Below are positions 48,891 through 58,865 of a stretch of 64,000 nt of DNA, piece after piece. The first letter of the stretch is position 1. Each line of letters begins with the position of its first letter. This stretch comes from Terriglobia bacterium (GTDB taxonomy: Bacteria; Acidobacteriota; Terriglobia; 20CM-2-55-15), in assembly GCA_965198225.1 (NCBI GenBank), contig CBDAOY010000008.1, positions 1,024,001-1,088,000 on the forward strand, written 5' to 3'. The notes under the pieces were generated by a model that did no database searches, had not been told where the DNA came from, and worked only from the letters and a program-made list of their open reading frames with translations. The position numbers were made by a program, and so were the translations under genes.

Positions 48891-51473
48891 ATGATGCGAC
48901 ACAAGTTTTCTGTCCTGAGCGGCGCGGTTGTGGTTCTGTTCCTGGCAGGCGACATCAGTCTGGCACGACGCCCGACTCCGACGGCAGCGGCACTGGATCC
49001 CGTCGAGTTCGGCCCCCAGGCCTTCGCTCCGGTCCCCGAGCAGGCGCAAGTCTACAGCGAGGGAACGGTCGCCGATTTGATGCCGTTGGCCGACCAGCGG
49101 GCGCTCATATCGGAACACTGTTCCGATTGCCACAACGACGCCGAGATGGTTGGAGGCATGACGCTGACCAGTTTGGATCTGACGCAGGTCGATCAAAGCG
49201 CCGAACTCTCTGAAAAAGTCATCAAGAAGCTGAAAACCGGCTTGATGCCCCCCGCCACTTACCCATTTCGGCCGGATCGGGAAACCGCCATGACCTTCGT
49301 CGGAACGCTGGAGGCCCAGCTCGACCGGGCCGCGGCACTTCGTCCGAATCCCGGAGGCCGACTGTTCCAGCGACTGACCCGGGACGAGTACGCCCGCTCG
49401 ATCCGCGAGTTGCTCGGGATCGGAGTCGATGTCGAGAAATACCTCCCTCCCGATACCGTCAGTGAGGGCCTGGACAACATGGCGGACTCGCAGAGGTTCT
49501 CGGCATCGCTGATGGAGGGGTACGTCCGGGCCGCTGCCCAGATCACACTCGAGGCTTTGGGCGATCCTCAGGCAGATGCGGCATCGTCGGTTTACAAACT
49601 CAACCGGACCGGGGCGCAACTGCGCCACGTTCCAGGAGCTCCCTTCGGGACGCGCGGCGGACTCTCCGTAGTCTTCAACTTCCCCGCGGATGGTGAGTAC
49701 AACTTCAGATCGCTGATGCACGGAGACACGGAGGGCACCCTTTTCGGAACTGTTTCAGACGAGCAACTCGAGGTCTCGATCGACGGAGAACGGGTGGCCT
49801 TGATGGACGTCAAGTACGAGGACCTGACCGAGGGCGCCGAAACGGGCCTCAACCTGACGACCGGGCTCGTCTTCGTGAGGGCGGGACCCCACCGTGTCTC
49901 GTCCGCTTTCCTGCAGAAACACACCGAGGTTATCGACGACGTCATCGGGGAGATCGAGCACACCCTGGCCAGCATCGACATCGGAGATGATCGGGAAAAG
50001 ACAACCTATCCGCACCTGCGGGAATTTGAAGTCACCGGCCCTTTCAACGTGACAGGCGTCTCGGACACTCCGGTCCGCCGCAGGGTTTTCACTTGCCGTC
50101 CGCTCGATCCTGGCGAGGAAATGCCCTGTGCGACAGAGATTGTCAGCGACCTGGCGCGGCAAGCCTATCGGAGACCCGTGAATGACGAGGACCTGGAGGG
50201 TCTGATGACCTTCTACGGGCAGGGCCGCGATGAAGGCGACTTCGAATCGGGGATCCGCTTGGCCCTGCAGGCACTCCTCACCAGTCCCGAGTTCCTGTTC
50301 AAACTGGAGCCTCCGCCTCCCACCGCCGAGGCCGGCCGGAGTTATCGGATCAGTGACCTGGCGCTGGCTTCCCGTTTGTCGTACTTTCTTTGGGGAACCC
50401 CGCCTGACGACCAGCTGATCACGACGGCGAACCGGGGAGACCTGAAGGATCCCGCGTCGCTGGAAGTACAGGTGCGGCGGATGTTGAGGGACCCGCGATC
50501 AGAGTGGCTGTCGACGAAATTTGCCGGTCAGTGGTTACTGCTGCCGGACCTCTTGAACTTCCGCCCGGATCCTTTCTACTATCCGCAGTTCGATCACGGC
50601 CTCGCACTGTCCATGCTGCGCGAGGTGGAGTTGTTTTTCGACAGCATCGTCCGCGATGACCTCAACGTACTGGACCTTCTTACGGCAAGCCACACGTTCC
50701 TCGATGAGCGTCTGGCGCTGCATTACGGGGTCGAGGGAGTCCGGGGCGGGCAATTCCGTCGTGTGGAGCTCGACGAAGACTATCGGCGCGGGCTGCTGGG
50801 CAAAGGCGGGATTCTGGCACTGACGTCGGTTGCCGACAGGACTTCTGCCGTGATGCGTGGTAAATGGGTCATGAGTGTGTTGCTCGGCACGCCACCGCCG
50901 CCTCCACCACCCGTTGTACCAAAGCTCGAGGAAACGGCCGCGGTCACTTCCGGCAAGCTTCTGACAGTGCGGGAGCGTCTGGAGACCCACCGGGAAAATC
51001 CCGCTTGCAACTCTTGCCACTCCATGATCGACCCGATCGGCCTGGCGCTTGAAAATTTTGACGTCACTGGTGAATGGCGAACCTGGGACAAAACGTATGC
51101 CATCAGCTCCGCTGGCGTCCGCATTCATACGGCCGGCATACCCGTCGACGCCACGACAACGATGTATGACGGAACTCCCTTAGACGGCCCCGCGAGTCTC
51201 CGGCAAGGCATACTCGGATACTCCGGAGCGTTTATCTCAACGCTGACCGAGAAACTTCTGGCCTTTGCAATCGGTCGGAGGGTCGAGTATTTCGATATGC
51301 CGACGGTTCGCGCGATCATCAGGGACGCCGCTGATGATGACAACCGTTTCTCCGGCTTGATTCTGGGTATCGTAAACAGCCAGGCGTTTCAGATGAACAA
51401 ATCGGCATCAGAAGAGACCGAACCGGCCGGCACCGCCGGCAAGGCTGAACCGGTTGGCCGGAACCGAGAGTAG
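48891..51473 (+). CDS. DUF1587/1588/1592/1595/1585 multi-domain protein with two CxxCH motifs
   Basis: CSDCH, RLTRDEY, LASRLSYFLW, RTSAVMRGKW and CNSCH..DPIGLALENFD motifs. Confidence 0.88.
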   Translation: MMRHKFSVLSGAVVVLFLAGDISLARRPTPTAAALDPVEFGPQAFAPVPEQAQVYSEGTVADLMPLADQRALISEHCSDCHNDAEMVGGMTLTSLDLTQVDQSAELSEKVIKKLKTGLMPPATYPFRPDRETAMTFVGTLEAQLDRAAALRPNPGGRLFQRLTRDEYARSIRELLGIGVDVEKYLPPDTVSEGLDNMADSQRFSASLMEGYVRAAAQITLEALGDPQADAASSVYKLNRTGAQLRHVPGAPFGTRGGLSVVFNFPADGEYNFRSLMHGDTEGTLFGTVSDEQLEVSIDGERVALMDVKYEDLTEGAETGLNLTTGLVFVRAGPHRVSSAFLQKHTEVIDDVIGEIEHTLASIDIGDDREKTTYPHLREFEVTGPFNVTGVSDTPVRRRVFTCRPLDPGEEMPCATEIVSDLARQAYRRPVNDEDLEGLMTFYGQGRDEGDFESGIRLALQALLTSPEFLFKLEPPPPTAEAGRSYRISDLALASRLSYFLWGTPPDDQLITTANRGDLKDPASLEVQVRRMLRDPRSEWLSTKFAGQWLLLPDLLNFRPDPFYYPQFDHGLALSMLREVELFFDSIVRDDLNVLDLLTASHTFLDERLALHYGVEGVRGGQFRRVELDEDYRRGLLGKGGILALTSVADRTSAVMRGKWVMSVLLGTPPPPPPPVVPKLEETAAVTSGKLLTVRERLETHRENPACNSCHSMIDPIGLALENFDVTGEWRTWDKTYAISSAGVRIHTAGIPVDATTTMYDGTPLDGPASLRQGILGYSGAFISTLTEKLLAFAIGRRVEYFDMPTVRAIIRDAADDDNRFSGLILGIVNSQAFQMNKSASEETEPAGTAGKAEPVGRNRE

Positions 51474-51493
51474 CCGTAATCACGGAGGTAGGG

Positions 51494-52870
51494 ATGTTCA
51501 TTACGAAAAAGCACATTTCCCGCCGTACGATGCTGCGCGGTATGGGCGCGACGGTGGCGTTGCCGTTCATGGAATCCATGCTGCCGGCGATGACATCGCG
51601 CCAGCGGAGGGAGGCAGAACCTTCGCTGCGGCTGGCTTGCCTGGAAATGGTGCATGGAGCTGCCGGGTGCACGCGGTACGGTCAAGAAACCAATCTCTGG
51701 TCGCCTGCCGAAGTGGGTCGCGACTTCGATCTCACAGGGAGCAGCCTGGAGCCACTCGATCCCTGGAAAGACGACCTCACGATCGTCAGCAACACCGATA
51801 TGCACGCGGCTGAAGCCTGGGAACCCCATGAGCTTGGTGGCGACCACTTCCGCTCGAGTGCCGTCTTCCTGACCCAGGCGCACCCGAGGCACACCCAGAG
51901 TTCGGATGTGCGCGCCGGAATATCGTTCGATCAACTCTATGCCCACAGGTTTGGCCAGGACACTCCGATGCCTTCGATTCAGCTTTCGATCGAAAGCGTC
52001 GATCAGGCGGGCGGATGCATGTACGGTTACTCGTGCGTCTACACCGACACGTTGAGCTGGGAAACGCCAACCAGGCCGCTTCCGATGGTCCGGGATCCCC
52101 GAATGGTCTTCGATCAGTTGTTTGGTGTGGGAGGCTCCGAGGAGAAGCGGGCACAGCGTCGACGGGCGGATCGCAGTATTCTGGATTGGGTCACGCGCAA
52201 GACGGCTGCACTGAAGGCAAGCCTGGGCTCGGGAGACCGTCGTCGGCTGGATGAATATCTCGAGAGTATCCGCGAAATTGAACGCCGGATAACGAGAATC
52301 GAGGAACAGAATGCCGGCGGCGACGTTCGAGATGCGCCGACAGCACCGATCGGGGTGCCCGACAGCTGGGACGAACATGTCAGGCTGATGTTCGATCTCC
52401 AGGTCCTGGCGTTCGTCGGCGACATTACCCGGATATCTTCGTTCAAGATGAGCCGCGACGTGAATGGCCGTGTTTTCTCCGAGGCCGGCGTGGACACCGG
52501 GTTCCACAGTGCGTCACACCACGGCGAAAACGAACAGCGTATCAAGCAGTTCGCGTCGATCAACAAGTACCACGTCAGCGTCCTGGCGTACTTCGTCGAT
52601 CGGTTGAAGAACACACAGGAAGGCGAGGAAACACTGCTGGATCAGACGCTGCTCCTCTACGGGTCTCCGATGGGAAACTCGAACCTGCACAACCACAAAC
52701 GAGTGCCGCTGATTCTGCTCGGCCATGCCGGTGGCGCGCTCGAGGGCGGGCTGCACGTCAAACCGCCGGATGAAACGCCATCGGCAAACCTGTATCTGAC
52801 CCTGTTGCACAGGATCGGGTTCGACGACCTTGCCGCCTTTGGCGACAGCACTGGAGAGATCACGATTTAG
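51494..52870 (+). CDS. DUF1552 protein (Tat-like N-terminus)
   Basis: ISRRTMLRG.GATVALP.MESM, YSCVY and H.ASHH motifs; follows the DUF1592 gene. Confidence 0.88.
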   Translation: MFITKKHISRRTMLRGMGATVALPFMESMLPAMTSRQRREAEPSLRLACLEMVHGAAGCTRYGQETNLWSPAEVGRDFDLTGSSLEPLDPWKDDLTIVSNTDMHAAEAWEPHELGGDHFRSSAVFLTQAHPRHTQSSDVRAGISFDQLYAHRFGQDTPMPSIQLSIESVDQAGGCMYGYSCVYTDTLSWETPTRPLPMVRDPRMVFDQLFGVGGSEEKRAQRRRADRSILDWVTRKTAALKASLGSGDRRRLDEYLESIREIERRITRIEEQNAGGDVRDAPTAPIGVPDSWDEHVRLMFDLQVLAFVGDITRISSFKMSRDVNGRVFSEAGVDTGFHSASHHGENEQRIKQFASINKYHVSVLAYFVDRLKNTQEGEETLLDQTLLLYGSPMGNSNLHNHKRVPLILLGHAGGALEGGLHVKPPDETPSANLYLTLLHRIGFDDLAAFGDSTGEITI

Positions 52871-52916
52871 GCGGCGAGGTTCGGACCGCTGGACAACCAT
52901 CGCCGGAGAAGAACCC

Positions 52917-54545
52917 ATGTCGAACAAGAAAGTGTTGCGAACCCTTGGTGCAAGCTTGCTGGGAGTCCTCTCGACCACCATCATCCTCTGGGGAGCTGCC
53001 GCGGATTCCAGGGTGGCCGATGCTGCCATGGAGCGCGACATTGAGACCGTGCGTTCCCTGATCAGCCAGGCCCTGGACGTGAACTCGGCGCAGGGTGATG
53101 GCATGACGGCGTTGCACTGGGCTGCGCTGAACGGCGACGCGGAAATGACGCAATTGCTGCTTTACGCCGGAGCCAATGTCCGAGCGACGACACGACTCGG
53201 CGGTTACACGCCGCTCTTGATGGCCTCTAAAGCCGGCTTTGCTCCCATCATCGATCTTTTGCTAAAGGCTGCGGCCGACCCGACCACGCCCGCGATGGGC
53301 GGCACAACTCCGCTCATGATGGCAGCCACTTCCGGCAACCCGGAGGCCGTCAAACTGCTCGTGGAAGCCGGGGCCGCCGTAAACGCGGCCGAGGCCGAGC
53401 GCGGACAGACACCGTTGGCTTTCGCGGCCGCCTTCAACCATTCGGAAGCAATCCAGTTCCTTTTGCAGAACGGGGCGGAGGTCGACAAGAAAGGTGAAAA
53501 GCGCAAGCCGGCCGTACGACCCAGCCGGCGTCGGCAGGGCCAACAACAGCGCCAACAGCAGGGCCAGCAGCAGGGTCAGCAGCAACAGCAAGGTCAGCAA
53601 CAGAGTCGGCAGCGAGATCCCACCGCGGCTGGAGGGAACCCCAGAGGTGAGTTGACGGCTTTGATGTACGCGGCTCGCGAGGGTCACATCGAGGCCGTAC
53701 GCGCCCTCATTGCAGGCGGGGCCAGACTGAACGAAGTCAGCGCGGACCATAGCACCGCCCTTCTCGTGGCAACCATCAACGGCAATTTCGGCGTCGCAGA
53801 GTTCCTGCTTGCGAAGGGTGCGGACGTTACCATTGCCAGTTTGGACGGAGCCACGCCTCTGTTTGGTGTGGTCAACATCCAGTGGGCGCCGAAGACGGAC
53901 ACGCCGCAACCCACTCTGAAGTACGAGGAAACCCATTATCTCGACTTGATGAAGCTCGTGCTGGAGAGCGGAGCGGATCCGAACGCCAGGACAAAGAAAG
54001 ATTTGTGGTATACCCGGAACAGAGAGGGCACCAGTTCGGCCGGGATAACCCCATTCTGGAGGTGTGCGTCAGTCGGGGACATCGACTGCATGCGCCTGCT
54101 GATCGCCTACGGTGCCGATCCAGACATCGCGAATACCGACGGAATCACGCCCTTGCTGATTGCAGCCGGCGCCGGCTTCCATGGCAACAACGAGTTGACC
54201 ACGCCGACCGGTCGCCTGGCCACTGTCAAGTATCTTGTTGAGAAGCTCCAGGCTGACGTGAACCGGACGGACACCGCTGAAGGCAGCGCCCGGAACGATA
54301 CGATGAACACCTCGCGCTTCGCGGGTGGCTTCGCCGCGCTTCACCACGCAGCGGCGCGCGGGGACAATGCCATGATCCTCTACCTCGTGTCCCGGGGTGC
54401 CAGCGTGCACGTCTCTGCCGGAAACGGCACAACGGTGGTCGACATGGCAAACGGCCCGAGGCAACGGATTCAGCCGTACCCGGACACCGTCGCTCTTCTG
54501 GAAATGCTGGGCTCCAAAAACAGTCACCGCTGCATTTCGTGTTGA
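52917..54545 (+). CDS. Secreted ankyrin-repeat protein with a Gln-rich insert
   Basis: Multiple G.TAL/TPL..AA ankyrin repeats; QGQQQRQQQGQQQG tract; C-terminal CISC. Confidence 0.9.
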   Translation: MSNKKVLRTLGASLLGVLSTTIILWGAAADSRVADAAMERDIETVRSLISQALDVNSAQGDGMTALHWAALNGDAEMTQLLLYAGANVRATTRLGGYTPLLMASKAGFAPIIDLLLKAAADPTTPAMGGTTPLMMAATSGNPEAVKLLVEAGAAVNAAEAERGQTPLAFAAAFNHSEAIQFLLQNGAEVDKKGEKRKPAVRPSRRRQGQQQRQQQGQQQGQQQQQGQQQSRQRDPTAAGGNPRGELTALMYAAREGHIEAVRALIAGGARLNEVSADHSTALLVATINGNFGVAEFLLAKGADVTIASLDGATPLFGVVNIQWAPKTDTPQPTLKYEETHYLDLMKLVLESGADPNARTKKDLWYTRNREGTSSAGITPFWRCASVGDIDCMRLLIAYGADPDIANTDGITPLLIAAGAGFHGNNELTTPTGRLATVKYLVEKLQADVNRTDTAEGSARNDTMNTSRFAGGFAALHHAAARGDNAMILYLVSRGASVHVSAGNGTTVVDMANGPRQRIQPYPDTVALLEMLGSKNSHRCISC

Positions 54546-54547
54546 GA

Positions 54548-54730
54548 GTGTAGGTGCGGTCTATGAGCGGAACCATTCATTAGCGTCGGGCCCACCGTCC
54601 CCCTCTCGGCGAGAGTTTGAGCGTTCGAGTACCGATCGCAGCGCACGGCTGTCTGGAGAAAGACAGCTGGTCCGGTCCCCCCACGCTCCCTCAAATTGGA
54701 ACACTTCGCGGTCATAGACCGCACCTACAC
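54548..54730. repeat. REP doublet (same family as 17876-17945)
   Basis: GTGTAGGTGCGGTCTATGA ... TCATAGACCGCACCTACAC. Confidence 0.8.
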
Positions 54731-55465
54731 GAGTCGGGCGTAGATGTCGCCCGACGACACGCCGCCCGCGCCTTCGTCCAGCCAGGACGCAATGCCTTTA
54801 CGCCGGATCCAAGCCTCGAATACGAATTTCCTGCCCTCGCCGGCAATGGCGTTGAATTCATAAGCTCCAAGCTCATCGAGGCGACCGATGCAGGCGGCCG
54901 CCACCTCCAGGCCTCCGGAAACGAACTCCACCGATACCCCTGGTATTGGATGGGTGAGTCCGGCCAGGACGTCGGCCTCGTACCCTTCCACATCGATCTT
55001 GCAAAAACTCGGGACGCCGTAGATCGCGATGAGGGCGTCCAGCGTCGTGACAGGGACCTCCACAGCGTCGTCCCAGCGGACCTTTCGGAAACCGGGATTG
55101 ATCTCGGAAAGCTTCTTCCGCCAGGCCTCGGCCAGCGTGGAAACCGTGGGCGTTCGCCTGCTGACTGCGAGCCAACCGGTCCCCATGACGCGGCCCACCG
55201 CCTCGGCCCGAACTATTATCCGGTCGTTCCGTCCCACGAGTCGCCGGAGCCAGGGCACGACCTGGGGCTGCGGCTCCAGGGCCACCACGCGGGCGCCCAG
55301 GGCCGCGAATGCCACCGAACGGTCGCCCAGGTGGGCACCCACGTCGAACACCAGGTCGCCCGCCGCAACCAGCGGGCGATAGAGTCGACGCAGCGCCTTC
55401 TGACGCCCTGGACGCCAGTAGACGATCAGCGATCGAAGTAGCCCGAACCATTCAGCAGTCGACAC
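54725..55465 (-). CDS. FkbM-family methyltransferase
   Basis: VFDVGAHLG, EPQP and KIDVEGYE motifs. Confidence 0.9.
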   Translation of the reverse strand: MSTAEWFGLLRSLIVYWRPGRQKALRRLYRPLVAAGDLVFDVGAHLGDRSVAFAALGARVVALEPQPQVVPWLRRLVGRNDRIIVRAEAVGRVMGTGWLAVSRRTPTVSTLAEAWRKKLSEINPGFRKVRWDDAVEVPVTTLDALIAIYGVPSFCKIDVEGYEADVLAGLTHPIPGVSVEFVSGGLEVAAACIGRLDELGAYEFNAIAGEGRKFVFEAWIRRKGIASWLDEGAGGVSSGDIYARLV

Positions 55466-55549
55466 GTAATCTCAGATCTCGACTCTCCAAGGGCGGCCGT
55501 CTTTCCGTTGAAACGCCATACCGCTCGGTTATCTCACACGCATATGCAA

Positions 55550-57187
55550 CTACCGGTTCGCTGCATCCGGACCGGCGCCAGGTTCGCTGAATGCCCGTAT
55601 GAACCAATCACGAAAAGCATCCATGCCCGGCGGCGGCCGGTCCGGGTCAGGGAGCGCCCCTCTCCGGAATCCCCAGTCCAGGAACGGCCCTACCAGTGCC
55701 GGATCCCGGCTGATCACGTGCACGGGCACGGCTCGGCTGGCACCATCACCGATGATCAACGGCGCCGCCTGGTGGTCGCCGAGCACGATGAGCAAGGTTC
55801 CCTCCTCGACGTAACGCTCGGCGTAACTGGTCATCGTGTGGAGCGCATAGTCCACAGACAGAGCATACTGCTCGCGCACGCGGTCCATGTCCCGCCAGAG
55901 CTGGTCCGGGAGCTCTCCGGCGTTTTCCCACGTCGCGAAGATCGAACCATCGCCAATACTGTCCCAGTCATCCAGCACGGGCAGGATCGGCGTCCAGGGG
56001 GCGTGACTGCTGATCAGCCCGACCTCGGCGAACACGGGCCTCATATCGCCGGCATCAGACGCCCGGATCGCGCGCTCCAGAAACGACCACGTAAACTGAT
56101 CCGGCATCGTGACCCAGTTCAGGGCTGGCCCCGAGTAGTCGATATTCTGATGGACAAAGATCTGGTCGTAGCCTAACCGCTGTCCCTCGGGCCACGCCAA
56201 CGTGATCGCCGGCATCAGGACAGCAGTGCGATGCCCCGCACGGCGGAAGTCGTCGATGAGCGTTTCGCGGCCGCTCGCCAGCATCAAGTCGTAGCGCAAC
56301 TGATTGTCCAGCCACAACCCACTGAACAGCGACCCGTGCGAAAACCAGGACTGCCCGCCCTGGGTCGGTGCCACCAGCGTACCGGTCGTCAAGTGCAGGC
56401 CCGCGGCCGCCATCCGCCTCTCCAGAACATCCAAACGGGACAGGATTACGGGCGAGAAGCGAGGATCGTAGAGGACCGACACGCCATAGGATTCGATGAA
56501 GGCCAGGACTACATCCTGGTCGGCCAGCTTGCCGAGGAGCCCCGGCTCATCGGCGTAGGCGTCCGGCACGGCCGCCATTTCGGCAGTGAAGCTCTCCCTT
56601 TCCTCCAACATCCGCAAGAAGTGCCGGGTCTGATCCGTTACGATCCGGACGGCGGGCAACGTGATCCGTTCGGTGAACCCGGGCGTTTGTTCGCCCACCA
56701 GCCCGACGGCAAAGAGACCGATCATCGCCAGTCCCGCTAGGCGGACGCCCCTTTTCGGCGAATGGACCTCGACGGGCGAGAACAGGTAGGCTAGGATCAG
56801 GATCAAGAGGGAGGCACCCAGCGTCAGGCCCAGCGTGAACAACACCGCCGCCGCCGCACCCAGCGCCCCGTTCAGCAGCTTGTAGACGGCGCTCACCAGA
56901 TGCAGATCAAGGTAGAGATTCAACGGCCGACCCACGCTTTGCCGGGTCACGGTATCGGCGAACGCCACCACGCTCAGCAACACCAGCACGGTGGCGGTGC
57001 CCGCCGCCAGCGCCGCACTCCAACGCTTGACCGACATCAAAGCAAACAGCCCGACGACCAACAGCGATTCGAGGGCGACCCAGCCCGGACCCAGGCTGCG
57101 TGTCAGCAGCCACTGCGGAGCCAGCAACAAGCCGTTGAGGAGAAAAAGGGCGATCATCAGGTTCTTTGCGGGCACACTCATCAGCAT
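55550..57187 (-). CDS. Membrane-anchored alkaline-phosphatase/sulfatase-superfamily protein (LTA-synthase/phosphotransferase-like)
   Basis: About 5 N-terminal TMs, then ESYG, GGQSWFSH, SSHAPW and GDHQ metal/nucleophile motifs. Confidence 0.78.
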   Translation of the reverse strand: MLMSVPAKNLMIALFLLNGLLLAPQWLLTRSLGPGWVALESLLVVGLFALMSVKRWSAALAAGTATVLVLLSVVAFADTVTRQSVGRPLNLYLDLHLVSAVYKLLNGALGAAAAVLFTLGLTLGASLLILILAYLFSPVEVHSPKRGVRLAGLAMIGLFAVGLVGEQTPGFTERITLPAVRIVTDQTRHFLRMLEERESFTAEMAAVPDAYADEPGLLGKLADQDVVLAFIESYGVSVLYDPRFSPVILSRLDVLERRMAAAGLHLTTGTLVAPTQGGQSWFSHGSLFSGLWLDNQLRYDLMLASGRETLIDDFRRAGHRTAVLMPAITLAWPEGQRLGYDQIFVHQNIDYSGPALNWVTMPDQFTWSFLERAIRASDAGDMRPVFAEVGLISSHAPWTPILPVLDDWDSIGDGSIFATWENAGELPDQLWRDMDRVREQYALSVDYALHTMTSYAERYVEEGTLLIVLGDHQAAPLIIGDGASRAVPVHVISRDPALVGPFLDWGFRRGALPDPDRPPPGMDAFRDWFIRAFSEPGAGPDAANR

Positions 57188-57214
57188 GGCCGGCGTTCTC
57201 CGGGCCGAAAAGCC

Positions 57215-58864
57215 GTCACGCGCTGTCTCCTCATCGCTCCCCTCTCGCTGATCTTGTTAGTTGCCGTGGCGTGTGACTCCACCACCGAGCGGAACACAAC
57301 AGTACCCCAGCCAGACCCGGACGCCAACCCACCACCGGCCGCCGATCCGTACGCGGCCGGATCATCGACTTCCCCACCATCGCCGGTGACCCCGGCGACC
57401 CTGTTCGATCACGTCACCGAGCGAGCACGCAGCCTGGCACGGAACGCGTACTGGGCTCAAGATGCGGCTCTGCCCACAGCGGTCGAGAGCATGGATTATG
57501 AGCAGTATCGATCAATCCGTTTCCGTCCCGAAGCCGCCGTCTGGCACGATGAGACGCCGTTCGAGGTCCAGCTGTTTCATCCAGGATCCCTGTACCGGGA
57601 GACCGTCCGGATTCACCTTGTGCACGACCAGAAGATCGCCGCGCTTCGCTTCGACAAGAGCCGGTTCAGCTACGACGGCGCGGCGGCATCGGTGGCCGAC
57701 GCGGTCGGACCCGAGCTGGGTTACGCCGGATTTCGAATACACTACCCGCTTAACAGCACCGCCATCAAGGACGAGGTCGTGGTGTTCCTCGGAACCTCCT
57801 ACTTCCGGCTGCTGGGGAGGGGGCATGTCTACGGGCTCTCATCGCGAGGCCTGGCTGTCGATATCGCCGTGGAAAGCGGTGAGGAATTCCCTTCGTTCAG
57901 GGAGTTCTGGCTGGTCCGACCGGCGCCCGACGCCACGAAAGTCACCCTCTACGCCCTGCTCGACAGCCCGTCGGTAACGGGCGCATATCACTTCGATCTC
58001 GAGCCGGGTGCCACCACCACGTTGGAGGTCGATGCACGCCTGTTTGCACGACGCGATATCGCCAAACTCGGCGTGGCACCCCTGAGCACCATGTTTCTGT
58101 ATGGTCCGAACCGGACCCCGGCATTCGATGATTTCCGACCCCAGGTGCACGACTCCGATGGCCTGTTGATGCATACGGGGGCCGGGGAATGGATCTGGCG
58201 GCCGCTCAGCAACGGACCGGGACTGCAAGTGACGTCACTCCGCGATGTCAACCCGCGGGGGTTCGGCCTCGTGCAGCGAGACCGCGATTTCGCGAGCTAC
58301 CTCGACCTCGAGGCCAACTACCATCGCCGTCCCAGCGAATGGGTCGCCCTCGGAGAGGGCGATTGGGGCAGCGGCGGCGTCGAACTGCTGGTGATCCCCA
58401 CCAACTCCGAGTTCAACGACAACATCGCCGCCTACTGGGTCCCCGACCGGCCCTTCATGGCGGGCGAGGAACGACGTTATCAGTACCGCCTGATGACATT
58501 CGACGGCCGGTTCGAAGCGCAGACACTCGGCCAGGTCGAACGCGCACGCATCGGCTGGGATGCTCTTCCCGGTCAGAGCGACCCGCCGCCTTCGAGCCAG
58601 CGCCGGTTCATCGTGGACTTTGCGGGTGGAGAAATGACCTCGCTCGAGGGCACCGAGCCGGTCGAAGCTCGTTTGGAAGCCTCCGCCGGGCAGACTTCTG
58701 ATCTGGTTGTACAGCCATTGCCCGACGGCCAGGGATGGCGTGTCGCTTTCCGGCTTGCTCCAGCCGGTAATCAACCCGCCGACATGCGCCTGTACCTGAT
58801 GCTGGATGGCCGTCCGCTGACCGAAACCTGGAGCTATGTCTGGTATCCCGACCGTGTCCAGTGA
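57215..58864 (+). CDS. opgG: Osmoregulated periplasmic glucan biosynthesis protein G (start uncertain)
   Basis: YRSIRFRP, FLGTSYFR, GEEFP.FREFW, RPQVHDSDGL, EFNDNI and LTETW motifs; directly upstream of opgH. Confidence 0.85.
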   Translation, partial: VTRCLLIAPLSLILLVAVACDSTTERNTTVPQPDPDANPPPAADPYAAGSSTSPPSPVTPATLFDHVTERARSLARNAYWAQDAALPTAVESMDYEQYRSIRFRPEAAVWHDETPFEVQLFHPGSLYRETVRIHLVHDQKIAALRFDKSRFSYDGAAASVADAVGPELGYAGFRIHYPLNSTAIKDEVVVFLGTSYFRLLGRGHVYGLSSRGLAVDIAVESGEEFPSFREFWLVRPAPDATKVTLYALLDSPSVTGAYHFDLEPGATTTLEVDARLFARRDIAKLGVAPLSTMFLYGPNRTPAFDDFRPQVHDSDGLLMHTGAGEWIWRPLSNGPGLQVTSLRDVNPRGFGLVQRDRDFASYLDLEANYHRRPSEWVALGEGDWGSGGVELLVIPTNSEFNDNIAAYWVPDRPFMAGEERRYQYRLMTFDGRFEAQTLGQVERARIGWDALPGQSDPPPSSQRRFIVDFAGGEMTSLEGTEPVEARLEASAGQTSDLVVQPLPDGQGWRVAFRLAPAGNQPADMRLYLMLDGRPLTETWSYVWYPDRVQ

Positions 58865-58865
58865 C

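Noticed and set aside
53535-53615. CAG/CAA-rich repeat
   Set aside because: In-frame Gln-rich low-complexity linker of the ankyrin protein, not a separate element.
56900-57214. Long N-terminal extension of OpgG in the ORF track
   Set aside because: Overlaps the divergent membrane protein gene in antisense and is not protein-like.
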